Assembly (NCBI GenBank): GCA_943704425.1
Contig: CALSCP010000335.1
Coordinates: 142,507 to 206,506, forward strand
Direction: 5' to 3'
Length of the DNA: 64,000 bases
DNA from: Ministeria vibrans ATCC 50519
Taxonomy: Eukaryota; Protista; Filasterea
Positions 59,535 to 64,000 of the stretch are shown here, piece after piece. Both the position numbers and the translations under genes were made by a program. The notes beneath the pieces are model-generated. The model was not told the DNA's origin. It was given only the letters and a program-made list of their open reading frames with translations, and ran no database searches. The stretch's first letter is position 1; each line of letters starts with the position of its first letter.

Positions 59535-62500
59535 ATGGCTAACCTACCGATCAAGTTCAAGGAGCACTTTCAGGTACAGTTTTTGCTGTTAAACCAGCCG
59601 TCACTAGGCAAAAATTAGTTCCTTTTTCTTCGTTTTTATAAGAAAAGGGAAAAAAAAAAAAAAAAACAAGTAAAAAAAGTGGCAGAATCGAGCAGGATGA
59701 GCGTATCATTGATGGTCGCTTTGTACCCCTTCTCTCGCACTGCCCCTACCATCGCTGTGCGAGAAGTTCTTTTTTTTTTTTCTCGCGTTAAAGTTTGGTT
59801 TTTGCACTTTTCGTTGAGAGCGGCTTCTCTGGGCCGGGTGCCTCCACTTGGGTCCTTTTGGCGCACGATAGGCAAGGATGCTACGCCTGCGCCGCACGCC
59901 CCAATTGTAGGCGAACAAGCGTCTGAATCAAAGAGACTTTTTTTTTTTTCGTCATGAAAATACCCATTATTGACGCATCGTACGGGCCCGCTCGTACCCT
60001 CACGCTGTCCTCCGGAGTGCTGATCGTCCTGCTATACTCCTTGATTGCTCGCATTTCCTCTGTGTCATCCTCTCTGTCGGCTTTTTTTTTTTTTTTACCG
60101 TTTTTGCCATTTTCAATTCCGTGGCATTGCGATCAGAGCCGCTGCTTCTCTTGTGGCGCTGTTGAATGTTCTGGGCAAAGTGACTGCACCTCGGCACGGA
60201 GCGTGTTTTGACGGGCTGTGGGTTTGATTCCAAATCGCTTTTTTTATTATCATTGCTCCAATGAGCCATTCAACCTCTTTCAAGCACTCCACGTCGCTGC
60301 TCTTGGCCCCTTGCCTTTGTACACGTCTCTTTACGATCGTTATGCTTTCAGGCAGCCGTCGTAAGAGTCGTATCTTGGCATAGATGACTTGCTTTTGATT
60401 TTTTTTTTTTGCAACCTTATGTCTTGGGCCATTCCAGGCGTTCTCCATCGCGAAACGCAATTGTGCCTCTCTCTGTGTATTTGTTGTTTGAATTCCTCTT
60501 CGTTGGGACGATCCATTTCCCTGATTGTTCTTCGGAAAACACTTTAAAAGTTGCAAAATGTCACTCAAAAAAATTTTTTTTTGCGTTCTTTCCCTTCTCA
60601 GCTCCAAAACCTCGGCATCAATGCCGCCAGCATCGGTTTCTCGACGCTCACGATGGAAAGTGACAAGTACATTTGCATCCGAGAGAAGCTGGGCGAGACT
60701 GCACAGGTACGTTGCAATAAAGACGACACTTTGAAGTCGAGTTGTTGATTTTCTTTTCTTTTTTTGTTCTCTTTTGTGCACTATTGTGTAGGTCGTGATC
60801 ATCGACATGGCTGACCCGCTCAACCCGACACGTCGACCAATCACCGCGGACTCTGCGATTATGAATCCCACCAGCAAGGTGATTGCGCTCAAGTCAGGCA
60901 ACTCGCTGCAAATCTTCAACTTGGAGATGAAGAGCAAGATGAAGGCGCACACCATGTCTGAAGAGGTTCTCTTCTGGAAGTGGATCTCGGTCAATACCAT
61001 TGCCATGGTCACCGAGCAAGCTGCCTACCACTGGACTATGGAGGGCGACTCTCAACCTCTCAAGGTATAGAAAACGAACGATGAATAATAACTCATAATT
61101 TTATTATTATTATTATTATTATTACATCAGGTGTTTGATCGACATGCTTCGCTCGCCGGCTGCCAAATCATCAACTACCGCACCGACCAGAAGCAGAAGT
61201 GGCTTCTTCTCACGGGAATCTCGGCTGTGGCCGGCCGTGGTGTCGTCGGCGCCATGCAGCTTTTCTCGGTGGAGCGTGGTGTGTCGCAGGCCATTGAGGG
61301 CCATGCGGGTGCCTTTGCGCAATTCAAGATGCCCGGCAACTCGCAAGAGTCGACACTCTTCTCGTTTGCCGTGCGCGGTGCCAACGGTGGCAAGCTGCAC
61401 GTCATCGAGGTGGGTGCGCCGGCCGAGGGCAACCAGCCCTTCCCCAAGCGTGCCGTCGACGTCTTCTTCCCACCCGAGGTGCAAAACGACTTCCCGGTTG
61501 CCATGCAAATCTCGCCCAAGTACGATGTCATCTTCCTCATCACAAAGTACGGCTACGTGCACATGTACGATTTGGAGACGGGCACGTCGCTCTACATGAA
61601 CCGCATCTCAGGCGAAACCATCTTTGTGACGTGTGCCCACGAGGCATCAGGTGGCATCATCGGTGTCAACCGCAAGGGTCAAGTCCTCTCTGTGACCGTC
61701 GACGAGGCCAACATGGTGCCTTACGTCTGCTCGACGCTGCAGAACCTCGACCTGGCCATGCGCATTGCCGTGCGCAACAACCTGCCGGGTGCCGATGACA
61801 TGTTCGTCCGCAAGTTCAACGAGCTCTTCAACCAGCAAAATTACTCGGAGGCCGCCAAGGTGGCTGCGTCGGCACCTCGCAACATTCTGCGCACCCCCCA
61901 GACCATCCAGCGCTTCCAACAAGTCCCGCCCAACCCGGCCGGTGGCACCTCGCCCCTCCTCCAGTACTTCTCCATCCTGCTTGACCAGACCCGCCTCAAC
62001 AAGTTCGAGTCGCTCGAGCTCGTGCGTCCCGTCCTCCAAGGCGGCCGCAAGCCTCTCCTCGAGAAGTGGCTCAAGGAGGACAAGCTTGAGTACTCAGAGG
62101 AGCTCGGTGACCTCATCAAGGTAAGGGACAGACTCAAAAAAAAAAAAAAAAGGAGAAGAGATCGTCAAAGTCATTCTGGTTTTTTTTTTCTTGTTGGCTC
62201 ATAGCCCAACGACACCACTTTGGCTCTGAGCGTCTACTTGCGTGCCAATGTGCCGCAAAAGGTCATCTATTGTTTCGCTGAGACTGGCCAGTACCAGAAA
62301 ATTATTCTGTACAGCAAGAAGGTCAACTACGAGCCGGACTACGTCTACCTGTTGCGCACCATCATGCGTTCCAATCCCGAGCAGGGCACTGCTTTTGCTC
62401 AGATGCTCGCCAACGAGGACGAGCCGCTCGCCGATGTCAGCCAGATTGTCGACGTGTTTATGGAGAACAACATGATCCAGCAAGTGACGTCGTTCCTCTT

Positions 62501-64000
62501 GGACGCCCTCAAGAACAACCGCCCCGAGGAGGGTCCCCTTCAGACGCGTCTCCTCGAAATGAACCTCATGGGTGCTCCCCAGGTCGCCGACGCCATTCTC
62601 GGCAACAAGATGTTCACGCACTACGACAAGGCACACGTCGCTCAGTTGTGCGAACAGGCGGGCCTCTTCCAGCGCGCCCTCGAGCACTACACCGACGTCT
62701 TTGACATCAAGCGCGCCATTGTGCACACCCATCTGCTCAACCAGGTAAAAAAAAAAAAAAAAAATTCTTACCACAAAGAAAGGGAGGAACTCGAACGTCG
62801 TAACTCATTTCTTCTTTCTTTTCATATCAAAGACTTGGCTCATTGAGTACTTTGGCACTCTGTCGGTCGAGGACTCGATGGAATGCCTCAAGGCAATGCT
62901 CCAAGCAAACTTGCGCCAGAACCTCCCTGTTGTGGTGCAGATTGCGTCCAAGTACTACGAGCAGATGTCGACGCAGAACCTCATTGACCTCTTCGAGGGC
63001 TTCAAGTGCTTCGAGGGTCTCTTCCTCTTCCTCGGCAACATTGTCAACTTTTCGCAGGAACCCGATGTCCACTTCAAGTACATCCAGGCCGCGTGCAAGA
63101 CCGGCCAGATCAAGGAGGTACAATAAATTATAAAATCAATCAACTGGCACTGACTTTTCGCTTTTTCTCGTGTTCTCCTCCGTTTTTTTTTTTTTAGGTT
63201 GAGCGTATCTGCCGTGAGAGCAACTGCTACGATGCGGAGCGCGTGAAGAACTTCCTCAAGGAGGCTAAGTTGACGGATCAGCTGCCGCTTATCATTGTTT
63301 GCGACCGATTCGACTTTGTCCACGACCTCGTTCTCTTCCTCTGGCGCAACAACCTCCGCAAGTACATTGAGATCTACGTCACCAAGGTCAACCCGCATCG
63401 TCTTCCCGTCGTCGTTGGCGGTCTGCTTGACGTCGATGCAGGCGACGACATCATCAAGTCCCTCCTTCTCTCCGTCCGCGGCAACTTCTCCACCGACGAC
63501 CTTGTCGAGGAGGTCGAGAAGCGCAATCGTCTCAAGCTGCTTCTGCCCTGGCTCGAGAACCGTCTGCGTGAGGGAAGCGAAGAGCCCGCCACGCACAACG
63601 CGCTTGCCAAGATTTACATCGACAGCAACAGCAACGCCGAGAAGTTCCTCCGCGAGAACGTCTTCTACGACAGCCGCGTCGTCGGCAAGTACTGCGAGAA
63701 GCGTGACCCCCATCTTGCCTTTGTCTCCTACGAGCGTGGACAGGTATAAAAAAAAAAGAGTTTCTAAAAGCGAATAGCGATCTAAACACACTTTTATTAT
63801 TTACGTTTGTAGTGTGACGCTGAACTTGTCGCTGTGTGCAATGCCAACTCGTTGTTCAAGAGTGAGGCGCGCTACCTCGTCAAGCGTCGTGATGCCGAGC
63901 TCTGGGCTCTTGTCCTCGACGGAGAGAACCAGGTACGATTAAATGAATAATAATTTATAATTATAATAATACTAATGACAATTATTTTATTGTGATGTTG
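59535..64000 (+). CDS. CLTC: Clathrin heavy chain, 5' portion (continues beyond the window)
   Basis: [13 protein letters not shown]|[65 protein letters not shown] and [21 protein letters not shown]. Confidence 0.98.

Overview
Gene-dense, intron-rich eukaryotic genomic DNA: GC-rich exons, short AT- and microsatellite-rich GT-AG introns, and three N gaps. The gene set (PDCD10/CCM3, ENTPD5/6, LRMDA, PLC-beta-like, CPVL, vigilin) suggests a unicellular holozoan such as a choanoflagellate; this is an inference. About 17 genes were reconstructed by hand-splicing: a TM-anchored hypothetical protein, a GT-B glycosyltransferase, PDCD10, an apyrase, LRMDA, a homeobox factor, a polyQ protein with PP1-docking motifs, a SIZ/PIAS SUMO ligase, a KIF21-like WD40 fragment, PLC, CPVL, a >4300-aa ASH/PapD-like Ig-repeat protein, a zinc-finger/ER-helix/CaaX protein, vigilin, a DUF262 protein, PRP8 (preceded by two SRP14 exons) and clathrin heavy chain, which runs off the end. 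The PRP8 locus is the most unusual. It carries a 290-aa endonuclease-less intein in the RNase H-like domain while the common fungal site is empty. Its only visible 5' exons are the first two exons of SRP14, which splice in frame. Its FY-x-PKE motif is split into 4-nt and 10-nt microexons. Also notable are an intronless bacterial-defence-type DUF262 gene, a LIM-class-like non-TALE homeodomain split over four exons and not assembled in the ORF track, and a 13-nt microexon carrying the CPVL catalytic serine. All family assignments come from motif recognition, not database searches.
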